Shown here: positions 49,051 through 57,903 of the stretch, piece by piece
How positions within the stretch are numbered: the stretch's first letter is position 1
How the letters are laid out: each line of letters opens with the position of its first letter
Assembly: GCA_964291475.2 (NCBI GenBank)
Contig: OZ220066.1
Coordinates: 35,726 to 99,725, forward strand
Reading direction: 5' to 3'
Length of the DNA stretch: 64,000 bases
Source of the DNA: Dehalococcoidia bacterium
GTDB lineage: Bacteria > Chloroflexota > Dehalococcoidia > SHYB01
Program-made: the position numbers and the translations under genes
The notes under the pieces: generated by a model
The model's input: the letters and a program-made list of their open reading frames with translations, nothing else
The model's database searches: none
What the model was told of the DNA's origin: nothing

Positions 49051-50488
49051 GGCGTGCGCGCGCCTTAGCCGCCGCTTCGATGGTGGTGCCGTCGAAGAAG
49101 CGGGTTGAGGTCGGTGAAGAAGCGGAGCGGGTTGTTGAAGGTGAAGTCGCGGAAGTCGTCGGCGGTCATCAGGCCGTCCTCGACCAACTCGTAGGCTTCC
49201 TCGACAACGTCGCGCATGTCGATGACGTCCGTGGCCGATGTCGGAGCTGAGCATGGCGCCGACCTTGGCTCCGAACGGGGCGATTCTCGCATCGAAAGCG
49301 ACGGCGTTCATGGGATCGTCGGCCTCGCAGCCGAAGAAGAAGTTGGGGATGAAGCGGTCGCGGATGTCCCTCGGGCTTGGTGATGCCGGCGCGGGCGAAG
49401 TCGTTGAGATCGTCGGGGGCGTTCTGCGCGGCGAGGTAGCCCGGTGCGTTCAGCGAGTCTTGATCTCTGCGAGCTTACCCGCCGTCCTGGCGTCGCCGTA
49501 GGCGGCGAGGAGGTCCTGATGCGGCCTCGTCGAGCTGCCGGGGATCGATGTGGCTCAGCGCCTCGGGGCTGCGCTTTCTCCCAGCGGGCGACGATGCCGG
49601 GCGTAGAGGTCGGCGCCAGCCCGCGCCGCATTCGAGGAAGGCCATGCGGAGCTTGGGGAAGCGGCGGGTGACGCCGCTGAAGGAAGAGGCTCTTGCAGAG
49701 CAGGTTGGCGGCGTTGGCGAGTGGCCGAGGTGGTTCTGCTGAAGTTGTGACGTTGGAGTTGTTGGTGAACCCAAAACGACGAGTGCGCCGCCAGCGGCAT
49801 GCCAAGCTCGACGGCCTTGGCCCAGAACGGGTCGTAGTCGTAGTCGCTGTCCTCGCCGAACGTGTCGTACCACCAGCCGCGCTGGGGCCGTTTGCCCAAT
49901 CGCGCCCAAGCGCTCGCGCTCCGACTCGTCGATGGGCGGTGGACTGGCCCGCGATCATCGCGGCCTTGAGGCCCAGGTCCCGTGCGGCGAATTCAAGCTC
50001 CTCGACCGCCTCTCGGGGTGTGCTCGGTATCACGCCGGCGTGGTCAGGTGCGCGCAGGGGGCGTAGATCTCGGCGACGTACTTGTTATAGGCCCGGCAGG
50101 AGGCCCGGCGGAGGTCCTCGTCGGCCAGATGCGGGAAGTCGAGCCCCAAGGAAGGGTAGAGAACGCAGAAGTCCAGGCCGAACTCGTCCATGCGCTCGGC
50201 GAGGAGGCGGGGGGACATGGCGGTGGCGCGGTCGAGGCTGTTCTTGGCGGGAACGAGCCACCAGGTGATGGCGGGCACCCGCGCCCCGCGCCGCTCGTCC
50301 GGCGAGAGCCGCGTCCAATGGGCCTGCTCGATCTCTGCCCGCAGCTGCCGGAGGGTGCTCTCCCCGCCCTCGGCGCGGACATAGTCGTAGAGCACCGGCG
50401 TCACCTCGATGAGGTGGCCGTCGGCATCGATGATGGGATGCGTCAGCTTGGCGCGAATCGCCGCCGACTTGCTCGAAACCGCCGCCAT
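49047..50488 (-). pseudogene. Large amidohydrolase paralogue 1 of 4, many frameshifts
   Basis: MAAVSSKSAAIRAKLTHPIIDADGHLIE start; fragments match the paralogues down to FTDLNP..FDGTTIE, with numerous 1-nt deletions in 49.1-50.05 kb. Confidence 0.75.
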
Positions 50489-50497
50489 GAGCCTCGC

Positions 50498-51940
50498 CTA
50501 ACGCGCGGCCCTGGCCGCCGCTTCGATGGTGGTGCCGTCGAAGAAGGCGGGGTTGAGATCGGTGAAGAAGCGCAGCGGGTTGTTGAAGGTGAAGTCGCGG
50601 AAGTCGTCGGCGGTCATGAGGCCGTCCTCGACCATCTCGTAGGCCTCCTCGACAACGTCGCGCATGTCGATGACGTCCCAGTGGCCGATGTCGGAGCTGA
50701 GCATGGCGCCGACCTTGGCCCCAAATGGGGCGATCTTCGCGTCGAAGGCGATGGCGTTCATGGGGTCGTCGGCCTCGCAGCCGAAGAAGAAGTTGGGGAT
50801 GAAGCGGTCGCGGATGTCCTCGGGCTTGGTGATGCCGGCGCGGGCGAAGTCGTTGAGCTCCTCGGGGGCGTTCTTCGCGGCGAGGACACCCACTCCCTGC
50901 AGCGACTCCTTGATCTCCTCGAGCTTGCCCACGGCCCGGTCGTCGCCGTAGGTGGCGAAAAGCTCCATGATGCGGTCCTCGTCCATGAGGTGCGGGTCGA
51001 CGCCCTGCAGGGCCTCGGGGTTGCGCTTCTCCCATCGGGCGATGATGCCGGCGTAGAGGTCGGCGGCCCACCCCGCGCCGCATTCCAGGAAGCCGATCCT
51101 CAGCTCGGGGAAGCGCCGCGTCACGCCGCTGAAGAACATCGACTTGCAGAGCACGTTGGCGGCGTTGGCGAAGTGGCCGAGGTGGTTCTGCATGAAGTTG
51201 TTGATGTTGGCGTTGTTGGTGAAGCCGAACCCCGCCGAGTGCGTCGCGAGCGGCATGCCGAGCTCGATGGCTTTGGCCCAGAAGGGGTCGTAGTCGTACT
51301 CGCTGTCCTCGCCGTAGACGTCGTACCAGATGCTGAAGTTGCCCGTTGCGCCGGGGAACTCCCGCTGCACCTTGCGAATGGGGCGGCGGACGTAGCCGGC
51401 CATCGCCGCGACCTTCAGGCCGAGCTCCCGCGAGGCGAACTCGAGCTCCTCCATGCCCTCCTCGGGTGTGTGCATGGGGACCAGCGCCGCCGGGGTCATC
51501 TGCCGCGAATACGGGGCGTAGGTCTCGGCGACGTACCGGTTGTAGGCGCGGCAGCAGACCCGCCGGAGCTCCTCGTCGGGAAGGCTTGGGAAGGCCAGCG
51601 CCGACGAGGGGTAGAGGACGCAGAAGTCGAACCCAAGCTCGTCGAGGCGCTCGGCGAGGAGGCGGGGGATCATTGCGGTGGCGCGGTCGAGCCCGTTCTT
51701 GGTGGGGACGAGCCACCAGGTGCTGGCGGGAAGCCGCATCTCTTGCCGCTGCTCGAGCGGCACGTGGGTCCAGTGCCGGGCTCCCTGTTTCTTGAAGCGC
51801 TCGAGGACCTGCTCGCCGCCTTCGGCGCGGATGTAGTCGTAGAGCACCGGCGTCACCTCGATGAGGTGGCCGTCGGAGTCGATGATCGGGTGCGTCAGCT
51901 TCGCGCGAATCTCCGCCGACTTACTCGAGGTCGCCGCCAT
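50498..51940 (-). CDS. Large amidohydrolase-2 protein, paralogue 2 of 4
   Basis: IIDSDGHLIE, LATH, FLECGAGWA, FFGCEADD, SSDIGHWDV. Confidence 0.9.
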   Translation of the reverse strand: MAATSSKSAEIRAKLTHPIIDSDGHLIEVTPVLYDYIRAEGGEQVLERFKKQGARHWTHVPLEQRQEMRLPASTWWLVPTKNGLDRATAMIPRLLAERLDELGFDFCVLYPSSALAFPSLPDEELRRVCCRAYNRYVAETYAPYSRQMTPAALVPMHTPEEGMEELEFASRELGLKVAAMAGYVRRPIRKVQREFPGATGNFSIWYDVYGEDSEYDYDPFWAKAIELGMPLATHSAGFGFTNNANINNFMQNHLGHFANAANVLCKSMFFSGVTRRFPELRIGFLECGAGWAADLYAGIIARWEKRNPEALQGVDPHLMDEDRIMELFATYGDDRAVGKLEEIKESLQGVGVLAAKNAPEELNDFARAGITKPEDIRDRFIPNFFFGCEADDPMNAIAFDAKIAPFGAKVGAMLSSDIGHWDVIDMRDVVEEAYEMVEDGLMTADDFRDFTFNNPLRFFTDLNPAFFDGTTIEAAARAAR

Positions 51941-52009
51941 GCCCTTCGCCTCCGATCGGGCCCGGTGGCCCGTACTGCGCCGGATTCTACCACCGCCGGA
52001 GGGGAGGCG

Positions 52010-52115
52010 CGGGGTGGTCTCTCCCCTCTCCAGCTCCTTGGACTCTCCCTACTGGGGGCGACTGACAGAGGGCCACTTTAAGCCTCCCTCCCTCTGGGAG
52101 AGATTGAGAGAGGGC
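52010..52115. repeat. Degenerate composite repeat
   Basis: GGGGTGGTCT..CCCTCT, CTCTCCCTACTGGGGG, CTCCCTCTGGGAGAGATTGAGAGAGGG. Confidence 0.65.
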
Positions 52116-52151
52116 ACGCGCCGCCGGGCGCGCCGTCCTATAATGCGGCCC

Positions 52152-52943
52152 ATGCTGAGCCACCAACGACTGGTCGAGGCGCTGCGGTCGGAGTACGAGG
52201 GACTGGCGCGGCACCTCCGCTCGCTCGACGCGGACGGCCTCGCCGCGCCCAGCGCCTGCGAGGGCTGGAGCGCCGCCGACGTGGCCGCCCACCTGGCCTG
52301 GAACGCCCGCCTCTACGTCCGTTCCCTCGAAATGGGGCTCGCCGGCGAGGCCCCTCCGCCCGCGCCGCCCGGCGGCGTCGTCGCCAAGATCACCTCCGAC
52401 TTCGTCCGCGACCGCTCCATCGAGGTGCGCAAGAAGCTCGGGGACGGTGTCCTCGACTCCTTCGAGGAGCACAACGCCCGTTTCATCTATATGCTCGACG
52501 ACCTCGACCCGGCGGTGCGGGACACGCTCACCGTCCCGTTCCTCGACTTCACCTACCCGCTGCGGCGGCTCATCGGACAGCGCATCAACGAGGTGGCGCT
52601 CCATTCGTGGGATGTGCGCAGCCCCGCCGACCCGCGGGCCGCGCTGGTCCAAGACGCCGCGCTGGCCTCAATCGAACTATGGAGCAACACGATCGGGCGG
52701 TGGGTGCGGTCGGGGCCGCCGGCGCGCATCCGCATCGAGCCCGCCGGCGGCGAAGCGTTCGACGTGGCCGGCGGCGAGGCGCCCTCCACCGGACCGCCCT
52801 CCGGCGACCCGGACGCCGTCCTAGCTGGGACGGCGAGCGCCGTCGCCCTCTTCCTCAGCGGGCGAGCGGGCTTAGGCGCGCTCGATGTCGGCGGCGACCG
52901 CGCCGCGGCCGAGTCCTTCGCCGCCCACCTTGTCATCAACTGA
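52152..52943 (+). CDS. DinB-superfamily maleylpyruvate isomerase-like (MDMPI) protein
   Basis: PSACEGWSAADVAAHL, EVALHSWDV; probably leaderless from TATAAT at 52139. Confidence 0.85.
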   Translation: MLSHQRLVEALRSEYEGLARHLRSLDADGLAAPSACEGWSAADVAAHLAWNARLYVRSLEMGLAGEAPPPAPPGGVVAKITSDFVRDRSIEVRKKLGDGVLDSFEEHNARFIYMLDDLDPAVRDTLTVPFLDFTYPLRRLIGQRINEVALHSWDVRSPADPRAALVQDAALASIELWSNTIGRWVRSGPPARIRIEPAGGEAFDVAGGEAPSTGPPSGDPDAVLAGTASAVALFLSGRAGLGALDVGGDRAAAESFAAHLVIN

Positions 52944-53015
52944 TTCGCGTCCACCGCGCTGCCCGCTGACGTATAATCGTCCGCGCATCACAGACCACCT
53001 TAGAGGCCAATCCCC

Positions 53016-53471
53016 ATGCTCAACGTCGGCGACCCCGCCCCCGATTTCACCGCCACCGACCACACCGGCACCCAGGTGCGCCTGTCCGACTTTCGCGGCA
53101 AGAAGGTCTGGCTCTGGTTCTATACCTCTCCCGGAGGGGGGAACTGAACCCGCCACAGTCACGGGTACCGTGACAACTGGGCGGCGTGGCAGGAGAAGGG
53201 CGTCGAGGTCTTCGGCGTGAACGACCGGAGCGCCGAGGACGCCACCGCGTGGATCGAGCGCGAGCAACTCCCCTTCCGCATCCTCGTCGACGCCGACCGC
53301 GCCATCGGCACCGCCTTCGGTGTCTCGCAGCCCACCGTCGAGAAGTACGTCGCCAACAACGCCGAGGGCCGGCGTCCCGGCATATTGATCGACGAGGACG
53401 GCAAGATCGCGCTCGCCCTTCCCGACCTCAACACCGTCGAGAAACAGGTCGAGGCGGTGAGCGGGATCTAG
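53016..53471 (+). CDS. Selenocysteine-containing peroxiredoxin (BCP/AhpC-TSA-like), Sec at TGA 53145-53147
   Basis: MLNVGDPAPDFTATDHTG..VRLSDFRGKKVWLWFY-TSPGGGN-U-TRHSHGYRD continues in frame into ORF 53217..53471 (LPFRILVDAD...ILIDEDGKI). Hairpin GTCACGG-GTA-CCGTGAC lies 10 nt after the TGA. Confidence 0.88.
53158..53174 (+). promoter_or_regulatory. Bacterial SECIS-like hairpin
   Basis: 7-bp perfect stem with a G-U-containing loop. Confidence 0.7.
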
Positions 53472-54475
53472 CGTGGGGCTAGCTCCTCGATCGTATGCGC
53501 CATCTGCGCCGCGCTCGCCCGCGCCGGCAGGCGGATGAGCGTGACGTCCCAGCCGGCGGCCGCGCGGCGCTCGAGACCTTCCACGATCTCCTCCCGGGAG
53601 CCGTAGAGGCAGAAGGCGTCGACCATCGCGTCGGTGATCGCCGCCACCGCCTCGTCGCGTCGCCGGGCGCGCCACAACTCGGTCATGCGCGCGACCTCGT
53701 CGGCGAAGCCCGCTCGCGCCGCGCGGTTCCCGAAGTAGGCCCCCCGGCCGCTCATTGAGCGCGCCATCGTCGCGCGCATCAGGTCCCGCGCCTCCGGCTT
53801 GTCGTCCGTGACCAGCGCCAGCACGTCCGGGGCCACCACGACGTCGTCGAGGGATCGTCCCGCCGACTCCGCCCCGGCGCGAAGTTCCTCAAAGTCGCCT
53901 CCCATGGCGTCCGGGTCGTTCAGCACCGGAGTCCAGCCATCGGCGATTTCGCCGGTCAGTCGCACCGCCTTGGGGCCGAGGGCGCCGACGTAGATCGGGA
54001 TACGGTCGCGGAGCGGCGTCACCTCGATGGCGTGCCCGCCCAGACGCAGCACTTTGCCCTCGTGCTGCACCCGCCAGCCGCCCACGATCTGCCGGATGAT
54101 CTCGACGTACTCCCGCAGCCGCTGATAGGGACGGTGGAAGGGCAGACCGTGCCAGTCCTCGACCACGATTCGCCCGCTCACCCCAAGGCCGAGGAGCAGT
54201 CGGCCCCCGGACATCTGGTCGAGCGTGACGGCGGCGGTGGCGATCGCCGCCGGTGTCCGGCTGAACACGTTGACCACCGCCGAGCCCAACAAGATGCGCT
54301 CGGTGCGGAAAGCCATCTCGGCTAGGGAGAGAAAGAGGTCCGGGGCGAAGCGCTCGCCCGCCCACAGCGAGTGGTAGCCCAACCGGTCGGCGCGGGCGAA
54401 CAGCTCAAGCGCGTCGGAGCGGGCAAGCGTGCCGGGGCCGGTGAACTTGAGTCCGATCTGCATGGGGAGCGTCAC
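53468..54475 (-). CDS. LLM-class F420-dependent oxidoreductase (Mer-like)
   Basis: GYHSLWAGE, NVFSRTPA, TLDQMSGGRLLLGLGVSG, LGPKAVRLTGEIADGW; paralogue of 33538..34548. Confidence 0.9.
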   Translation of the reverse strand: MTLPMQIGLKFTGPGTLARSDALELFARADRLGYHSLWAGERFAPDLFLSLAEMAFRTERILLGSAVVNVFSRTPAAIATAAVTLDQMSGGRLLLGLGVSGRIVVEDWHGLPFHRPYQRLREYVEIIRQIVGGWRVQHEGKVLRLGGHAIEVTPLRDRIPIYVGALGPKAVRLTGEIADGWTPVLNDPDAMGGDFEELRAGAESAGRSLDDVVVAPDVLALVTDDKPEARDLMRATMARSMSGRGAYFGNRAARAGFADEVARMTELWRARRRDEAVAAITDAMVDAFCLYGSREEIVEGLERRAAAGWDVTLIRLPARASAAQMAHTIEELAPR

Positions 54476-54582
54476 GAAGCCCGGGCGCGGGCCAACCTGA
54501 TGAGTATACAGAGGCGGGGCACGCGGGCGGCATGACGAGTGGTAGAATCCGCCGGCAGGACGCCCACCTTCGGAGGCACTAC

Positions 54583-56031
54583 ATGGCAGCGGTATCGAGC
54601 AAGTCGGCGGCGATTCGCGCCAAGCTCGACCATCCCATCATCGACTCCGACGGCCACCTCATCGAGGTGACGCCGATTCTCTACGACTACATCCGCGACG
54701 AGGGCGGCGAGCAGGGGCTCACGAAGTACTTGGCGACCATCGAGCCGCACTGGACTCACCTCTCGACCGAAGAACGGCATGACGCACGGGTCACCGCCAA
54801 TACCTGGTGGCTGGGCCCCACCAAGAACGGCCTCGACCGCGCCACCGCCATGATCCCCCGCCTCCTCAATGAGCGCCTCGACGAGCTGGGCCTCGATTTC
54901 TCCGTCCTCTATCCGTCGGGGGGCCTGCTGTACCCGCGGTGGAACGACGAGGACGTCCGGCGCGTCAGTTGCCGGGCCTACAACCGGTACGTTGCCGACA
55001 CCTACGGCCCCTACGCGTCGCGGATGAGTCCGGCGGCGCTCATCCCCATGCACACGCCGGAAGAGGCCATCGAGGAGATGGAGTTCGCGGTGCGCGAGCT
55101 CGGCCTGAAGGCCGCCATGATCGCGGGCCACGTCCGCCGACCCCTCGGCAAGATCCAGTCGCGGCACCCCACCGCCGTGGCCGGGTACGGCTGGTGGTTC
55201 GACGCCTTCGGTGAGGATAGCGCCTACGACTACGACCCGGTCTGGGCCAAGTCCATCGAGCTTGGGCTGCCGCTGGCGACGCACCATGGCGGCTTCGGCT
55301 TCACCAACCACGCCAACATCAACAACTTCATGCAGAACCACCTCGGCCACTTCGCCAGCGCCGGCAACCTGCTCTGCAAGACCCTCTTCTTCAGCGGCGT
55401 CACCCGCCGCTTCCCCAAGCTCCGCGTCGGCTTCCTCGAATGCGGCGTGGGGTGGGCCGCCGACCTGTACGCCGGCATCGTCGCGCGCTGGGAGAAGCGC
55501 AACCCCGAGACCCTGCAGAACGTCGACCCCAGATACCTCGACGAAGACCGCATCATGGAGCTCTTCGCCACCTACGGTGGTGAGACGGTGGCGGACAGGC
55601 TCGAGGAGATCAAGGAGTCGCTGAGCACGCCGAACATGTTCGCCGCTCGCAACGCGCCGGACGACCTCAACGACTTCACCCGCCCCGGCATCACCAAGCC
55701 CGAGGACATCCGCGACCGCTTCATCCCCAACTTCTTCTTCGGTTGCGAGGCGGACGATCCCATAAACGCCGCCGCCTTCAACACCAAGATGCTCCCCTTC
55801 GGCGCGAAGATCGGGGCCATGCTCAGCTCCGACATCGGCCACTGGGACGTCATCGACATGCGCGACGTCGTCGAGGAGGCCTACGAGCTGGTCGAGGACG
55901 GCCTCATGACCGAGGACGATTTCCGCGACTTCACCTTCAACACCCCCCTTCGCTTCTTCACCGACCTCAACCCCGCCTTCTTCGACGGCACCACCATCGA
56001 AGCGGAAGCCAAAGCGGCCCTCGCACCTTAG
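54583..56031 (+). CDS. Large amidohydrolase-2 protein, paralogue 3 of 4
   Basis: Same motifs as 50498..51940; start ATG 54583 after GGAGG. Confidence 0.9.
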   Translation: MAAVSSKSAAIRAKLDHPIIDSDGHLIEVTPILYDYIRDEGGEQGLTKYLATIEPHWTHLSTEERHDARVTANTWWLGPTKNGLDRATAMIPRLLNERLDELGLDFSVLYPSGGLLYPRWNDEDVRRVSCRAYNRYVADTYGPYASRMSPAALIPMHTPEEAIEEMEFAVRELGLKAAMIAGHVRRPLGKIQSRHPTAVAGYGWWFDAFGEDSAYDYDPVWAKSIELGLPLATHHGGFGFTNHANINNFMQNHLGHFASAGNLLCKTLFFSGVTRRFPKLRVGFLECGVGWAADLYAGIVARWEKRNPETLQNVDPRYLDEDRIMELFATYGGETVADRLEEIKESLSTPNMFAARNAPDDLNDFTRPGITKPEDIRDRFIPNFFFGCEADDPINAAAFNTKMLPFGAKIGAMLSSDIGHWDVIDMRDVVEEAYELVEDGLMTEDDFRDFTFNTPLRFFTDLNPAFFDGTTIEAEAKAALAP

Positions 56032-56213
56032 GCATTGGGCCGCCTCCGGCGCCCGCCGGGGCCACGGCCCTGTCCCTGCGTATCCGTAGGGCATTGGGCC
56101 GCTCCCGGCTCCCGCCACGGCAACAGCCCTGTCTCCTGCGCGGCCGCAGGGCATTGGGCCGCTCCCGGCACCCGCCAGGGGCTGCAGCGCCCATCTCCCG
56201 CGCGTCCGCAGGG
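56031..56213. repeat. Three tandem ~60-bp repeats
   Basis: GGCATTGGGCCGC at 56031, 56090 and 56150, with similarity along the whole unit. Confidence 0.8.
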
Positions 56214-56235
56214 TGTCGCCACGGCATCCCGGACA

Positions 56236-56285
56236 AGAACGTACGTTCTGACTTGATGATAGTCTCCCGTGGAGGAGTGTGTCAA
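56236..56285 (-). promoter_or_regulatory. sigma70 promoter with LexA (Cheo-type) SOS box at +1
   Basis: TTGACA (56285-56280), 18 bp, TATCAT (56261-56256), then perfect palindrome AGAAC-GTAC-GTTCT (56236-56249). Confidence 0.7.
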
Positions 56286-56333
56286 GCGAGGAGTGGCGGG
56301 GCGCCTCCTTAAGAGGGAGGCGGTTGAAGGGAG

Positions 56334-56358
56334 CGGGCGCGTCGCGACGCGCCCCTAC
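56334..56358 (-). repeat. GTAG-REP variant
   Basis: Reverse complement is GTAGGGGCGCGTCGCGACGCGCCC. Confidence 0.7.
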
Positions 56359-56436
56359 GGGGAGGGCGCCACCGGCGAGGGTTGGCGCTTCCGGCTCCAA
56401 GGCCGTTGGCGCACCCCGCCCCACCCCCGGCCCTCT

Positions 56437-57734
56437 GAAGGACCGGGCACATGGGTGACGGTTAGACCGGGGACATAGGTAACACCTTGACGGGGGTCTT
56501 GGCGATGCGTTTGGTGTGGTCGTCGAGGAGGCCGATGAGGAGGGGGCCGAAGCGGACGGCCCAGCTGCGGTCGTCCTGCCGGACGAGGCCGACGGGCTCG
56601 CCTTTGAGGGTCTCGCTCACGTAGACCAGGTCCCCCTTCCACTTGATCTCGCCGTTGCCGCGTACCCGGCGTACCGTGACTTCGGCCTCGTAGTCCGGCG
56701 AGCCGACGCTGGCAGGATAGGGGCGAAACGAGGGCGTGTACAGGAAGGCCGGGGGGCGCTGTCCCAAGGCCTCGTGAGGGCGCTCGGTGTTGTAGCTGCG
56801 TCGGAAGCGGTCGAAGGCCTGCTGCTGACGGCGGCCGTTGGCCCTGGGCGGCGAGGCGGTTTCCGCCTTCAGGGTGCGGTGGAGGCGCTCGAGGCGTCCG
56901 TTCTGTTCGGGATGGCCCGGGGCGATGCGCTCGGGGAGGATGCCCAGCTTGACCCACCAGACGGCCAGGGAGGAGAGGCTGCCCAAGCTGGTGCCGGCGA
57001 AGGGCGGACCGTTGTCGGTGCGGATGACCCTGGGCAGGCCGTACTCACGGAAGGCGCGCGCTAACGCGCGCCGCGTCTCCGGGCCGGTGGGGCGCTCCAG
57101 CCCGCGGCAGGCGATCAGGTAGCGGGAGGCCGCGTCCTGGACGGTGAGGGGGTCGACGCGGGCCCCGTCGCCGGTGCGGAACCAGCCCTTGAAGTCGATG
57201 GACCAGACGTCGTTGGCGTTGATGGCGTAAGCGAAGGGCTCGCTCCAAGGGGAGGTACGGCGGCGACGCTGTCGGCGCCGTACCAGGCCGGCCCGGTCGA
57301 GGATGGCGCCGGCGGTGCTGGGGGCGGGCCAGGGCACGTCGGGCTCGGTGTCGTGGAGCCAGGCGATGAGCTTCTTGGGGCCCCACAAGGGGTGGGCTCG
57401 CTTCGCCGCGATGATGCGCTCCTGCACCTCACGGCGTGTGGCGTTGGGATGATGGTGGGGGGCGCGGCTCCGGTCGCGCAGGCCCTCCTCGCCGTACGCC
57501 TCGTACCGGCCGATCAGCTTGGAGGCAGTCTTGCGGCTGATCCCGAACTGCCGGCACAACTCGGCGATGGGTTCCTCCCCCGCCGTCCTGCGCTCAATGA
57601 ACCGCAACCGTTCCGCTTCGACACTCGTCTCTTGCCAGGGCAACACAACTCCTCCTTCATGGATCGCTTCCTGCAATCCTCCAGAGTGTTACCCATGTGC
57701 CCGGTTTATCTGTTACCTATCTTCCCGGTCTGTA
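56437..57734 (-). mobile_element. IS481-family insertion sequence
   Basis: Inverted ends each carry two copies of ACCGGG..CAT(A/G)GGT(A/G)AC. Flanked by direct repeat CCCTCT (56431-56436, 57735-57740); ends uncertain by 1 bp. Confidence 0.88.
56462..57643 (-). CDS. IS481-family DDE transposase
   Basis: (L)PWQETSV, ELCRQFGISRKTA HTH, WSIDFKG, RTDNGPPF, QNGRLERLHRTLK, YNTERPHEAL. Confidence 0.93.
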   Translation of the reverse strand: MPWQETSVEAERLRFIERRTAGEEPIAELCRQFGISRKTASKLIGRYEAYGEEGLRDRSRAPHHHPNATRREVQERIIAAKRAHPLWGPKKLIAWLHDTEPDVPWPAPSTAGAILDRAGLVRRRQRRRRTSPWSEPFAYAINANDVWSIDFKGWFRTGDGARVDPLTVQDAASRYLIACRGLERPTGPETRRALARAFREYGLPRVIRTDNGPPFAGTSLGSLSSLAVWWVKLGILPERIAPGHPEQNGRLERLHRTLKAETASPPRANGRRQQQAFDRFRRSYNTERPHEALGQRPPAFLYTPSFRPYPASVGSPDYEAEVTVRRVRGNGEIKWKGDLVYVSETLKGEPVGLVRQDDRSWAVRFGPLLIGLLDDHTKRIAKTPVKVLPMSPV

Positions 57735-57808
57735 CCCTCTCTCAGTCTCCCCCAGCGGGGGAGAGGGAAGAGCCACCCCGCTCCACCCATTTCCCAACCA
57801 TCGACGGG
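57735..57808. repeat. Hairpin module B plus MITE-internal module (reverse)
   Basis: CCCTCTCTCAGTCTCCCCCAGCGGGGGAGAGGGAAG...CCACCCATTTCCCAACCATCG. Confidence 0.85.
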
Positions 57809-57903
57809 AGGGGCAGCGGGGAGAAGGGGCGGGCGCCGCTCCTCTCCAGCGGTGGTAGAATCCGGCGCACGACGGCCCGGCGGGGCACTTGGGGAGGGAT
57901 GTC

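Noticed and set aside
36711-53147. Genome-wide TGA reassignment (Trp/Gly) as the explanation for the in-frame TGAs
   Set aside because: TGA is the normal stop of many genes here (6622, 9807, 22749, 59355). Both read-through TGAs sit at catalytic Cys positions with 3' hairpins.
56031-56213. Possible CRISPR array (also 28992..29110)
   Set aside because: The inter-repeat segments resemble each other rather than being unique spacers, the units are degenerate, and there are no cas genes.
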